A stretch of 64,000 nucleotides of DNA from an uncultured Bacteroidales bacterium (GCA_934699095.1 CAKUVI010000003.1:67785-131784); one strand, 5' to 3'. Shown: positions 19,051-29,348, numbered from the stretch's first letter. Program-made: numbers and translations. Notes: generated by a model from the sequence alone, not told the origin.

Positions 19051-21432
19051 TTATCTCCCCGCTCCTAACTTCACTACCTTTACAGTCGAAGTGGTTCCGT
19101 TCTGCCAACGGAGGCGCAATAAGTACATGCCAACCGGAACATCCGACAAGTCAATCGCAGAATGACTTCCGCTTATTGTTCCCTGAAGCATTTCCCTACC
19201 GTATAAGTCTGTAATCCAGAAATCTGCATTGCCCGTTTCCAATTCCACACTGACAATGGAGTTGGTTGGGTTGGGCCAGACTTTCAGATTCTGTTTATTG
19301 TAATTGTCGATACCGACGGGTTCTGTCACATTGAGGATTTTCATCACGCTTTGTGCGGGGGCATACTCATCGTTGCCTGGCTGCGCAGCGGTGATGATGG
19401 CCAGTCCCACGCTGTGCAGCGTCAGGATGCTGCCGTTGATGGTGGCCACGCTTTCGTCGCTGCAGGCGAACTGCACAGGCAGTCCGGAGGTGGCGGCGGC
19501 AGCCAACACCACAGGCTCATCGCTCAGCGGGAAGGTGAGCTCCTGATTCCAGAGGATGCTTTGTGGCTGCAGGTCGGGAGTGCTGCTTGTCACAGTGAGG
19601 ATTTTGGAGACGGGTGCGGCGGCGTTCCAGGTGGCGTTGCCGGGCTGCGAGGCAGTGACAATGGCATAGCCGGCACCATGAAACGTAAGCACATTGCCGT
19701 TCACAGTGGCGATGTCTTCGTCACTACAGGTGTATGTTACGGGCAGTCCGGAGGTGGCTGTGGCGTTAAGGGTCAGTGTGCCGTCGGAGAGGTCAGCGGT
19801 GAGGTCCTGATTCCACGTGATGCTCTGGTTGAAGGTGGTGTTGGAAAGCTCGTAAGCCCCGATGTCGGCACGGTTGTTGCCGATGCGCGGGTTGCCGTCC
19901 ATGTCGGTGGCGGGCAGGTAGGTGATGAATGCCGTGTTCGGGTCGCCCGCGTCAACCAACGGCGAGCCTGGCAGCACGTGCCAGTCGGCGTTGAGGTTCG
20001 ACAAATCCGTGGCAATGGAGGAGGCACCCACCATGGTCGAAGGAGCTACGAACTGCGGCAGAGTGGCCGTATCCAACACCATGTTGGTGCTGTCGGCCGC
20101 GAAGTCACTGGCGGATACCGACTTACAAGCGCAGTATGTGTAAGGGAACGTATAATTCGTGGACCAATGCAAATCTTGGGAAGCATTGTCGCGCATATTG
20201 TTCCAGATCACCGTGTTCTTGACGGTGGCGGCGGAAGAGGTGCGGATACCACCTGTGCCGTCGGCATGGATGGTCTGTGCCAGATTGTTGGCTACCACGC
20301 AGTTCGTCATATACATCCTTCCTACTGGGTTTCCGCTGGAAGGTCCCGATGATGTGACGTACGAATAGGTGACCACACCGCCGGTCACGTCAATGCCTTC
20401 GGTGGAGATGGCACTGTTGTTGGCAATCACACAGCCAATAATGTGCGCGGGATGGGTGAAAACGCTGACACCTCCGGCGATGTATGGCCGGCTGCCGCTC
20501 GCGCTGGCGGTGGTGGCGGTAGTGTAAACCGTGTTGTCAATGATACGCGAGTTGATAATCTGCCATTCGTTTCTCGTCGGATAATAAAGGAAATCGTTGG
20601 CTTGCGTCAGCAGACCGCCGGCCTTGGCATCCAAGCCCGAAGCGGTGTTTTTCGTGATGTCACAGTTTTTGACAATGACCGTATTGTATGGCGTCGTGTA
20701 GTTTGCATCGAACCATATTCCACCGCATCGACTGCCTGTGTTCCCAGTAATCACACAGTTGTTGAACTCGTAGGTGGCTCCATAACTTTGGCTGCCGCTG
20801 TACATCCGGACACCGCCGCTTGATGTGTTGCCATTAATCTTGCAGTCCGAAACTTGAAACGTGGCATTGTAGTATGAGTTGGAATATGACATTCCCAAAT
20901 ACAAACCGCAGGCATTTCCAGTCATAGTACAATTCGAAATCGTGTGGGTATTGTTTGCCTCGTCGCGGATGCCGTACTGGTTGCCGCCTGTCACACAGAA
21001 ACCATCGAAAGTGTTTTCCCGGCAATGATAACTGCCGTTGTAGTGAAAGTAGCTGTTGATTTGTACGGCATAGTTGTTGTCGTGTTGTGCATCAATAATG
21101 GTACAGGAACTGTCAGCGGCGATGCCAAAGGTGAGCGGTTGCCGCTCATAGAGATGGCTTTCCGTACCCGCGAAGCCGCCATACACGTGCGTGCCGTTCT
21201 TGATGGTGCAGGCCGGGTAGGTGCCCACTGACACGAACACCGAATCGTCGTTGGGTGAGGTGATCAATGCCATCGCCCCGTTGATAGTGGCCTTGGCCGT
21301 GGCCCACGAAAGGCCGTCGTTGCTGTCGTTGCCGCTGTTGGAGACAAAATAGGTTGTCTGCGCGGAAAGCGAGGCGCAGCAAATCAGCAAAAATGCTATA
21401 GTTATTGAATCTTTGATTCTGAGGTAATTCAT
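19051..21432 (-). CDS. Large secreted right-handed beta-helix repeat protein with two tandem Ig-like domains and a T9SS CTD
   Basis: Start taken at MNYLRIKDSITIAFLLICCASLSAQ (signal peptide). It has many NxxGG/beta-helix repeats and two ~80-aa repeats (...ATATSGLPVTYTCSDEDIATVNG... and ...AAATSGLPVQFACSDESVATING...). The C-terminus KVWPNPTNSIVSVE...GMYLLRLRW...VKVVKL looks like a T9SS sorting domain. Confidence 0.75.
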   Translation of the reverse strand: MNYLRIKDSITIAFLLICCASLSAQTTYFVSNSGNDSNDGLSWATAKATINGAMALITSPNDDSVFVSVGTYPACTIKNGTHVYGGFAGTESHLYERQPLTFGIAADSSCTIIDAQHDNNYAVQINSYFHYNGSYHCRENTFDGFCVTGGNQYGIRDEANNTHTISNCTMTGNACGLYLGMSYSNSYYNATFQVSDCKINGNTSSGGVRMYSGSQSYGATYEFNNCVITGNTGSRCGGIWFDANYTTPYNTVIVKNCDITKNTASGLDAKAGGLLTQANDFLYYPTRNEWQIINSRIIDNTVYTTATTASASGSRPYIAGGVSVFTHPAHIIGCVIANNSAISTEGIDVTGGVVTYSYVTSSGPSSGNPVGRMYMTNCVVANNLAQTIHADGTGGIRTSSAATVKNTVIWNNMRDNASQDLHWSTNYTFPYTYCACKSVSASDFAADSTNMVLDTATLPQFVAPSTMVGASSIATDLSNLNADWHVLPGSPLVDAGDPNTAFITYLPATDMDGNPRIGNNRADIGAYELSNTTFNQSITWNQDLTADLSDGTLTLNATATSGLPVTYTCSDEDIATVNGNVLTFHGAGYAIVTASQPGNATWNAAAPVSKILTVTSSTPDLQPQSILWNQELTFPLSDEPVVLAAAATSGLPVQFACSDESVATINGSILTLHSVGLAIITAAQPGNDEYAPAQSVMKILNVTEPVGIDNYNKQNLKVWPNPTNSIVSVELETGNADFWITDLYGREMLQGTISGSHSAIDLSDVPVGMYLLRLRWQNGTTSTVKVVKLGAGR

Positions 21433-21576
21433 AATTCGCCTTTTTACTTGAGGTCGCAAAAATAAACAATATATAAATGCGCAAGAAAAAAAAACTTTTG
21501 CAATCATAATTTTTATGTATTTTTGCCAGGTAAAATACACAAATATCATACTATCATAATCAATTTCAAAATCATC

Positions 21577-23121
21577 ATGAAAAAGACTAAATTGTTTTTT
21601 TGCTTGTTTATTTGTCTTCTTGCATCTAATCTGACAGCTCAGAAGACTTCTCTCAATGGTTCGCCAATTGTGATTGTTAAAGACCCAAACATCTGGGTGT
21701 TGGAGGACAGCAAAGACAGACTTGTTTTCGGCGCTGTTTCACATGATTTGATGGCTGGCTATGACGATCTATGGCTGTATTATTACAACAAGTCATCTAA
21801 AACAACTGAATCTCAGAAATTTGATGATAATCTTGAGGGTCGTTTTGCTTATTTGAAAGATGGAATTGTGCATTTGATAGGCGTACGCAACAACAACAAG
21901 ACCAAATCGTTGGATTATGTTGATGGTACAATTCAAGAAGGCTCTGGAACTGTAAAAAAGATGCCTTTTACCACAAAATGCTCCGTGCCTTACGAGAAAC
22001 ACAAACTGTATTTCAACCAGTTTGCGTTTTCACCAGATAAATCTAAAATTGCTATTTTGACAGTGCTTCACCCCAAGTCGAACAGTGATATAAGTCATAT
22101 TCAAGATGTTGCGGTTTTCGATCTGAACGGTGAGATGCTCTACCATCACAGACAAAATGTAAACTATCAGATAAATTACAATTCTCCTATTTTAGTGTCT
22201 AACGACGGAGTGGCGTATATTGCAGAATATGGTTGTGCAGAAAATGTAAGGCGCAACATAAGCGATTCGCTCCATATTTCTGTTTATAGCGAGAAAGGCA
22301 TTGTGAATATCACCGATTTTTTCGGTACAAAATCTGAATTTCGCTGTGCAAAAGCGCTGTTGAACGACGGCCGGCTGGCTGTCAGTGGAGTGGTCTGCAA
22401 CAATGGGAAAAGCTCTGGAGTTTTGTCAACATATCTTGTGTCTGAGGATGGAAATTTCGATTTGGTGAAATCGCCTGTCAATCTGCCAATAGATGCGGAG
22501 GATTATGTGTACAACGGCGCGCAATACCACGACAGTGTCGATAGATTTTTGCCATATATCCATGAAATCAAGGAGTTACCAGACGGGAAAATAATGCTGA
22601 TAGGGGAATTGAATTACCGCGACATTATCGGTCAGGTTATTTCTTTAACCGGCCCTTCCTACTGGATTCGCGGCTATTTATCACGAAATCTATACAAGAT
22701 AATGCTCTCATCAGACGGCAAAGTTACAGATGTGGGCACTTATCCTCGCGCCACCGTCACAACCGAGGTGTATTCAATGTATTTCAGAGTGAACACTCCC
22801 GGAGTCTTCATCCGTAACAACGACGTCTATCTTCTTTTCAATGACCATAAAGATAATTTCGACAATAACCATCAGAGATTGTGGACAGTCTTAAACAACA
22901 ATCGTGCGGGTGAGACGGTGGTTGTGCTCTCCAAAGTGGAAAAGAACAATTCTTTGTCATGTGATGTCATATACACAGCACAGCCATATCCATTTCCGAG
23001 ACAAGCGATTTATACCAACCATTATGAATTCTTCGACCGGATATTGACAACCGATGAGGATGCGGTTTATTACATTTTGAAACACGACAACGAATATCGG
23101 CTTGAAACAATAACATGGTAG
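21577..23121 (+). CDS. Hypothetical secreted protein, a distant paralog of 50899-52443
   Basis: Signal peptide MKKTKLFFCLFICLLASNLTAQ. It shares spaced motifs with the 50899 gene: SPDKSKIAIL/SKDDSKAAVL, NDGRLAVSG/EDGRPVIGG, ELPDGKIMLIGE/EFSDGTLALLGE. Confidence 0.6.
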   Translation: MKKTKLFFCLFICLLASNLTAQKTSLNGSPIVIVKDPNIWVLEDSKDRLVFGAVSHDLMAGYDDLWLYYYNKSSKTTESQKFDDNLEGRFAYLKDGIVHLIGVRNNNKTKSLDYVDGTIQEGSGTVKKMPFTTKCSVPYEKHKLYFNQFAFSPDKSKIAILTVLHPKSNSDISHIQDVAVFDLNGEMLYHHRQNVNYQINYNSPILVSNDGVAYIAEYGCAENVRRNISDSLHISVYSEKGIVNITDFFGTKSEFRCAKALLNDGRLAVSGVVCNNGKSSGVLSTYLVSEDGNFDLVKSPVNLPIDAEDYVYNGAQYHDSVDRFLPYIHEIKELPDGKIMLIGELNYRDIIGQVISLTGPSYWIRGYLSRNLYKIMLSSDGKVTDVGTYPRATVTTEVYSMYFRVNTPGVFIRNNDVYLLFNDHKDNFDNNHQRLWTVLNNNRAGETVVVLSKVEKNNSLSCDVIYTAQPYPFPRQAIYTNHYEFFDRILTTDEDAVYYILKHDNEYRLETITW

Positions 23122-23299
23122 AGGCAAGATAGAGACTATCTTCTTGTGATGGAAGAGTGTTTTGTTGAAAAAACATCGGCAAATTCAGGCATATTTTCAC
23201 AAAATCCGAAAAATTGCCACAAATTTCCTCCTATTTGTTAAAAATCTATAACAAAACAATTGTTTACTTTGCAGAATGATTTTTTGAAAAAAAACAATT

Positions 23300-25261
23300 A
23301 TGAAAAAACTGATAGTTTTTATGACGGTCATCTTGCTAACGGTTACAGCGATGGCTCAGAGTACCGTTGAAGTTGTCTATAGCGGGACAACGGCTACGGT
23401 AAACGTGGCAGAAGACATTGCGCAGTATCTGACAGTAACGCAGAGCGGTGCGCATGTGTCGATTGCGCAGAGTGATGATCTTGCCACAGAAATAACATAC
23501 ACTTTAAGCGGAGCCTCAACCGACGGCGAGTTTTATATGTCGGGCTCCTACAAGGCCACCATTGAGTTGAACGGCCTCACCCTGACCAACGTCAATCCGG
23601 TGTACAGTGGTGCGGCTGTGCACATCCAAAACGGCAAGCGCATCAACGTGAAGGTAATCACCGGCACAACGAACACCCTCGTTGATGCTGCTACAGGCAG
23701 CCAAAAAGGCTGTTTGTATGTGAAAGGACATGCAGAGTTCAAGCAGCATGGCACACTAAACGTGGTGGGCAACGTGAAACACGCCATCAAGGCCGGCGAA
23801 TATGTAAGTCTGAAGAACGCCACCCTCAATGTCACATCAGCTGCGGGCGACGGCATCTCGTGCAACCAGTATTTCCTCATGGAGAGCGGAACCGTCAATA
23901 TCAGCGGCACTGAGGACGACGGCATCCAGTGTGACCTCGAAGGCGACACCTCCACAGGCGAAACCGTTGACCACGAGGATGAGGATTCAGGCAACATATA
24001 CATTCTCGGTGGAACAATCAATATAACCTGCGCCGCAACTGCCGCCAAGGGCATCAAAGCCGCCGGAGATATGTTCATCACTGGTGGTGACATCACTGTG
24101 AAAACCACTGGCAAAGGTGAGTGGGACGAGGATGATTTGGAGACAAACTCCGCCTGCGGACTTAGCAGCGACGGCAATCTGACAGTAAGCGGCGGCACAC
24201 TCAATATCACAGCCACAGGATCAGGCGGCAAAGGTATGAAATGCGACGGAGTGATGACAATCACCGATGGCGAAATCATTATAGAAACCACCGGCGGCCT
24301 CTATTTCAACAACGGCACTACAGAGTACACCAACTATACAGGCAACACCGACAATGTAAGCAGCGACTATTACTCATCACCCAAGGGCATCAAAGCCGGC
24401 CTCAAAATCCAAAACGGCAACAGCTACACCTATAGCGGCGGCATGGTTATTGACGGCGGCTATATCAAGGTTACTACATCGGGTAAAAACGCTGAAGGCA
24501 TCGAATGCAAGAACACTCTGGAAATCAACGGCGGTGAGATATTCATCAATTCCTACGACGATGGTATCAATTCCGGACAAGATCTTACGATAACAGGAGG
24601 ATATATTTATTCTCGTTCCTCAAATAATGATGGCATCGACGCCAATGGCAATTGCTATGTCAACGGTGGCCTGGTTTATGCAATCGGCGCACGTTCTCCT
24701 GAGGTGGCGATTGATGCCAATACAGAGGGCGGAAAGAAACTCTACATCAATGGCGGTGTCATAATTGCTGTGAACGGAATTGAGCACGGCAGCACTATAA
24801 ACCAACCGTACATACAGTCTTCTTCCATAAGCAGTAACAGCTGGTACACTGTCACTTACGGTGAAGATGCAGTGGCCTTTTACACCCCTACCCTAAACAA
24901 TGGCGGTGGTGGCCCTGGTGGTGGCGGTCCTGGTGGTGGCGGCGGTAACTCTTCCACCTTTATCTCAGCTCCTACAACCCCGACACTCTCCAATGGAAAC
25001 AACGTCAGCAACGGCACACCTCATTTTGAGGAGAACTGCTACGTCAGCGGCGACGGCACAATCGGCATCAACGATATTGAAATGAGCAATATTACTGTCT
25101 TCTGCAACAATGGAATGATAGTTGTGAAAGGTTGTGATGATTGCAATGTGAACGTTTACGACTTGGAAGGGCGTTTAGTTGGAAATAGCGGTCTTGCAAC
25201 TGGTGTATATCTTGTAAAGGTGGGCGACTACCCAGCTCAAAAAGTTTTCGTCACTCGATAA
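23300..25261 (+). CDS. Secreted parallel beta-helix / carbohydrate-binding-like repeat protein with a Gly/Pro linker and a T9SS CTD
   Basis: Signal peptide, periodic GDGI/DDGI/AEGIE repeats, NNGGGGPGGGGPGGGGGN linker, and C-terminal VYDLEGRLV...GVYLVKVGDYPAQKVFVTR. Confidence 0.7.
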   Translation: MKKLIVFMTVILLTVTAMAQSTVEVVYSGTTATVNVAEDIAQYLTVTQSGAHVSIAQSDDLATEITYTLSGASTDGEFYMSGSYKATIELNGLTLTNVNPVYSGAAVHIQNGKRINVKVITGTTNTLVDAATGSQKGCLYVKGHAEFKQHGTLNVVGNVKHAIKAGEYVSLKNATLNVTSAAGDGISCNQYFLMESGTVNISGTEDDGIQCDLEGDTSTGETVDHEDEDSGNIYILGGTINITCAATAAKGIKAAGDMFITGGDITVKTTGKGEWDEDDLETNSACGLSSDGNLTVSGGTLNITATGSGGKGMKCDGVMTITDGEIIIETTGGLYFNNGTTEYTNYTGNTDNVSSDYYSSPKGIKAGLKIQNGNSYTYSGGMVIDGGYIKVTTSGKNAEGIECKNTLEINGGEIFINSYDDGINSGQDLTITGGYIYSRSSNNDGIDANGNCYVNGGLVYAIGARSPEVAIDANTEGGKKLYINGGVIIAVNGIEHGSTINQPYIQSSSISSNSWYTVTYGEDAVAFYTPTLNNGGGGPGGGGPGGGGGNSSTFISAPTTPTLSNGNNVSNGTPHFEENCYVSGDGTIGINDIEMSNITVFCNNGMIVVKGCDDCNVNVYDLEGRLVGNSGLATGVYLVKVGDYPAQKVFVTR

Positions 25262-25285
25262 TTAATTACAGAACACAAATAATAA

Positions 25286-25329
25286 GAGCGCCTCTTCATC
25301 TCATCTGGAGAGGTGCTCTTTTTTTTTAC
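25286..25329 (+). terminator. Rho-independent terminator
   Basis: AGAGCGCCTCT...AGAGGTGCTCT stem (one G-T pair) followed by a T9 run. Confidence 0.7.
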
Positions 25330-25586
25330 AGTTTTGCAACCCGGCGAGGGACGGGTTGCCTCCCCGACATAGAGACGCGCCATGGCGAGCCTCCACATCC
25401 CAAATCACATAACCCCCATTCCCATTCCAAAATTTTCAATTTTCAATTCTAAATTAACCGCACCGTCTCCAGCCACCCATTCTGAATAGGAGGGAATTGC
25501 AATTGACTGAATTTAACTACGTTTTCTTCGGCCGATAAATAAAAATTATATCTTTGCGGGATTGAGAAACTATAAAATCGAACGTG

Positions 25587-27323
25587 ATGTTTAGAGTAAA
25601 GATTATCCTAACCTGTTTGTTATTAATTTCAGCTTTCATTCCAAGCCCTTCTAATGCAAATGAGACAACCAAAAAGAAGCCAAAGGCCAAATGTTCCGCT
25701 CCCGCTTATTTGAACCCTGGCGACAAAGTCGCAATCATCTCTCCAGCCTACAATTCTCCGATGGAGGAAATCGAGAAAGCGGCAAAGACAATAGAAGAAT
25801 GGGGATTCAAGCCTGTGATTGGCCCTAATTCAGGCAAAAAACATGCCGGGCAATATGCAGGCACCGTGGAAGAGCGAATCTCGGATTTACGCTGGGCACT
25901 TGAAGATCCGGAAATCAAGGCCATAATCTGCTCCCGCGGCGGCTATGGAACGCTCCAGATGGTTGACAAAATGACACTCAAGGATTTTTCTTCATCACCA
26001 AAATGGCTTGTGGGATTCAGTGACATCTCAACACTGTTAAACATGGAAGCGTGCGCCGGTGTGATGGGGATTCATGGTGCAATGGGACTCAATCTTGCCC
26101 GCAAACAGGATCAAAAGGAGTTCGACACCTCCACTTCAATGCTTCGCTTTATGCTTCAAGGGATGATTCCTAATTATGAAATAGTGCCACATCCCATGAA
26201 CCTCAAGGGAAATGCTTCAGGCATTCTCATAGGTGGCAACCTCAGCACCATCGCACCCCTGTTGGCAACACAAGCCGATTATTTTTCCAACAACAATTTC
26301 ATCCTTCTTGTCGAAGAGGTGGATGAAACATTCCATAACATCGACAGACTTTTCAACACACTGAAACTCAGCGGTGTGCTGGCACAATGCAAAGGTGTGA
26401 TATTGGGCGACTTCACAAACTGCCGCGCCGACCTCGGCTATGAAAGCGCGGAATCCCTGATCCGTGGATATATCGAACCTTACAAAATCCCCCTCATTTG
26501 CGGATTTCCTGCCGGGCACGGAAGTCTCAACCTGCCGCTTCTTATAGGTGCCCCAACCACCATGAATGTTACCGATAGCGGCGCAACCCTGTTGTTTGAT
26601 GTTCCTTGCAAAAGCAAACTCACCGTTAAGATTGGATTACCTTCCCCAACCTTGAAACCAGAAGATAATTCCGAGGATTTTGTCAATATTACAGACGTGA
26701 TTCCTGATGTTATTTTAGAAATACGCTATTTTGGCACGTACAATTTTGTTGGAAGGCGTATCGACGGTTACAAACAACCCACAGCGCTGCTGACAAAAAG
26801 AGCAGCCGACAGTCTTCGTGCCGTAAGTGAAGATGTCATGCGACTCGGCTATCGCCTTAAAATCTACGATGCTTATCGTCCGCAAATGGCCGTTGACCAT
26901 TTCGTGCGTTGGGCCGAGGATATTCCCGACACCATGATGCGCCGTTATTTCTACCCGGATGTCGATAAAAGCCTGCTGTTTGTGCAGGACTACATCGCAG
27001 CTAAAAGCGGTCACACACGAGGTTCCACTGTCGATCTTACACTTTTTGACATGAACACCGAAAAGGAACTTGACATGGGCGGCACCTTCGACTGGTTTGG
27101 TGTGGAGAGCCATCCCGATTTCGGCGGCGACCCCAACACAAACCAATACAAGCCAAACGGAAAGATTACTGCCGAACAATTCCACAACAGGATGATCTTG
27201 CGTGCCGCAATGCTCCGCCACGGCTTCAAACCTATCGACTCAGAGTGGTGGCATTTCACCCTTAAAGACGAACCATACCCTGACACATACTTCACATTCC
27301 CGGTAGAAGAGCTTAAAAAATAG
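25587..27323 (+). CDS. Fusion protein: S66 LD-carboxypeptidase (LdcA/MccF-like) N-domain plus M15 D-Ala-D-Ala dipeptidase (VanX/DdpX-like) C-domain
   Basis: N-half: GFSDIS (Ser), LLVEEVDE, FPAGHG (His). C-half: YDAYRPQ, SGHTRGSTVDLTL, SEWWHF. Signal peptide at the N-terminus. Confidence 0.8.
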   Translation: MFRVKIILTCLLLISAFIPSPSNANETTKKKPKAKCSAPAYLNPGDKVAIISPAYNSPMEEIEKAAKTIEEWGFKPVIGPNSGKKHAGQYAGTVEERISDLRWALEDPEIKAIICSRGGYGTLQMVDKMTLKDFSSSPKWLVGFSDISTLLNMEACAGVMGIHGAMGLNLARKQDQKEFDTSTSMLRFMLQGMIPNYEIVPHPMNLKGNASGILIGGNLSTIAPLLATQADYFSNNNFILLVEEVDETFHNIDRLFNTLKLSGVLAQCKGVILGDFTNCRADLGYESAESLIRGYIEPYKIPLICGFPAGHGSLNLPLLIGAPTTMNVTDSGATLLFDVPCKSKLTVKIGLPSPTLKPEDNSEDFVNITDVIPDVILEIRYFGTYNFVGRRIDGYKQPTALLTKRAADSLRAVSEDVMRLGYRLKIYDAYRPQMAVDHFVRWAEDIPDTMMRRYFYPDVDKSLLFVQDYIAAKSGHTRGSTVDLTLFDMNTEKELDMGGTFDWFGVESHPDFGGDPNTNQYKPNGKITAEQFHNRMILRAAMLRHGFKPIDSEWWHFTLKDEPYPDTYFTFPVEELKK

Positions 27324-27368
27324 TTCTATTAATAAATATTCGTCATCTTACCAAAATCGCCTGAAATA

Positions 27369-29348
27369 ATGAAAAAACACACAAAACTCGCGGTATTGCT
27401 TGCCATTACACTATTTTCAATCAACATAAACGTTCAAGCACAACCAATCGACCGCGAAATGTACGCTAAAGTTGTGAAGATGAACAACAATCGTAATTGT
27501 CCATTCGAGGATGATTTTTGGACTGTTGACAAAATCACATACCAGTCGGGCTATCTTATTTTCAATATCACTTTAGAAGACAGCCCGCTGCTTAACAAAG
27601 ACTCATCATACTTAAGGAATTTATTTGCCGACAATATCAGGTACAGCGTCGAACCGGCTGAATTCAGCTACCTGCTTGAAAAACTCAGCGATATTAATGG
27701 TGGTTTTGTCTGCAATGTATCCACCGAGGATCCAAAATCCCTCAAATCATTCAAATTTACACCCGCTGAAGCACGGCAAATCTGGGCCGACCGATCAAAA
27801 CCCGCTTACAAGGATGGCGAAAAATGGCAGGAACGATTCAACTTGGAGATGGAATTGATGCAGACAGAGTTCGAAGCAGACAAAGTTGTTGACAAGACTA
27901 ATCCCATCCGCATCGATTCAGCAAAAATCGTTGTTGACACTGTGGTTTTCTATGCGACCATGTGCAACTCACATTTTAAGATTTCCAAAGAAAGGGGTGC
28001 TGACTTTATTCAGAGGGAAATTGAGAAGTCAGTGCTTGGGGATGCAGACAATATTGAAACTCTAATCGATGCCGACTTGTCCTTGAAATACATCTACCAC
28101 AACGAGTCATACACCGAAAGTCAATCCGTCCTGATAACAAAGTCACGCCTGGAAAAGTTGCTCGAAAAATCCGAGAATGTGTCCCCAGCTTCTTATGAAC
28201 AGATGGAACTGTATATGCATGAAATTGCTGAAGAATTCATGGACGACGATGTGAAACAAGCATATCTGAGCGATGAAGTATTAGACATTCAAGGAGCTTA
28301 CGAAAACGGCGTTCTGCAACTTGTACTGGTAACTCCCGACAATAGTCCCATCACCAATATCAATACTGAAGAAGAAAAGATAATCGAAGACAACATAACA
28401 GTTCAACTCAAACAATCACTCGAAGAGCAGTTTCCCATAGTGTTTAATGATAAAGTTTTAATCACTATTGATGATTTTTACAAACATCTGAAAGGGTTAC
28501 AAATACTCTACATGGAACAGCACACACACAAGACGAAGGAGATGTTCATCACATCTGAAGAACTGAAAAACGCCAAACTTCCTGTCGTATCTTTCGGCTC
28601 TGAAGAAACCAAACAGAAAGTTGCAGACCAACTCAAGGCCAATCTTTTCGCCGAGGAAATCAAATCAGCGAATGCTTCTCTTCCTTTAATATCGAACGGT
28701 ATGACCCTCTATAAAATTGATTATGATACAGAATGTTTGCGTTACTTTTTCACTACAAATTCAGAGAACCTTTTGTCAACAGATGCTGATGTACTTAAAA
28801 GGAGTGTTCGCCAGCAACTCGTCTATAATAACGATTTTTTGGACAATCTCATTGATATCAACAGCGGTTTGGTTTATAACTATAAAATCATAGATACCGA
28901 ACAGAGCGTCGAAATCAAATATACAGTTGAAGATTTGAAGGAAATTCGTTCAGAGTCCTTAACCAGTGACCAAAATGCCATTAAAGCATTACAGGAGGTT
29001 GTAAATAATTCCAATTCAGTATGTCCTATTCGCATTGACGAATATACAACTTTGGATTCAGTACGCTTGACCGACAATAAATTAATATATTTTGAAACAA
29101 TCGGAACACCTGTTGACATCACAGAAAAAAGCTTCAGGCCTCTTTTGATACAATCCCTTATAGAGAGCGATGACCGATCCACAAGATATACAATTGAGAT
29201 GTGTGTTAAGACAAATACACATTTGTGTTATTATATCTCTCTGCCTGAAGACAAAAATGGTAAGAACACCAAGACAAAAAAACAAGGGAAGAAATCAATT
29301 CTAAAAATTTGTATAACTGTAGATGAGTTAAAACAAATTTTAGGGTAA
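27369..29348 (+). CDS. Hypothetical secreted protein (659 aa)
   Basis: Signal peptide. No motif recognised. Confidence 0.55.
   Translation: MKKHTKLAVLLAITLFSININVQAQPIDREMYAKVVKMNNNRNCPFEDDFWTVDKITYQSGYLIFNITLEDSPLLNKDSSYLRNLFADNIRYSVEPAEFSYLLEKLSDINGGFVCNVSTEDPKSLKSFKFTPAEARQIWADRSKPAYKDGEKWQERFNLEMELMQTEFEADKVVDKTNPIRIDSAKIVVDTVVFYATMCNSHFKISKERGADFIQREIEKSVLGDADNIETLIDADLSLKYIYHNESYTESQSVLITKSRLEKLLEKSENVSPASYEQMELYMHEIAEEFMDDDVKQAYLSDEVLDIQGAYENGVLQLVLVTPDNSPITNINTEEEKIIEDNITVQLKQSLEEQFPIVFNDKVLITIDDFYKHLKGLQILYMEQHTHKTKEMFITSEELKNAKLPVVSFGSEETKQKVADQLKANLFAEEIKSANASLPLISNGMTLYKIDYDTECLRYFFTTNSENLLSTDADVLKRSVRQQLVYNNDFLDNLIDINSGLVYNYKIIDTEQSVEIKYTVEDLKEIRSESLTSDQNAIKALQEVVNNSNSVCPIRIDEYTTLDSVRLTDNKLIYFETIGTPVDITEKSFRPLLIQSLIESDDRSTRYTIEMCVKTNTHLCYYISLPEDKNGKNTKTKKQGKKSILKICITVDELKQILG

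Noticed and set aside
19351-20352. Long ORFs antisense to, or out of frame with, strong genes. Examples: 19351-20352, 17690-18211, 23548-24291, 32826-33503, 36288-36806, 45530-46339, 48158-48871, 49686-50453, 54079-54645, 61642-62550.
   Set aside because: They lie entirely within GC-rich genes that have clear family motifs on the other strand. Their translations are Arg/Gly/His-rich low-complexity sequences typical of shadow ORFs.
24897-24956. A GGT/GGC-rich tract encoding GGGGPGGGGPGGGGG, considered as a possible slipped-strand phase-variation site.
   Set aside because: The tract is an imperfect codon-level repeat within a linker. Any length change in multiples of 3 would only alter linker length. 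There is no evidence of on/off switching.
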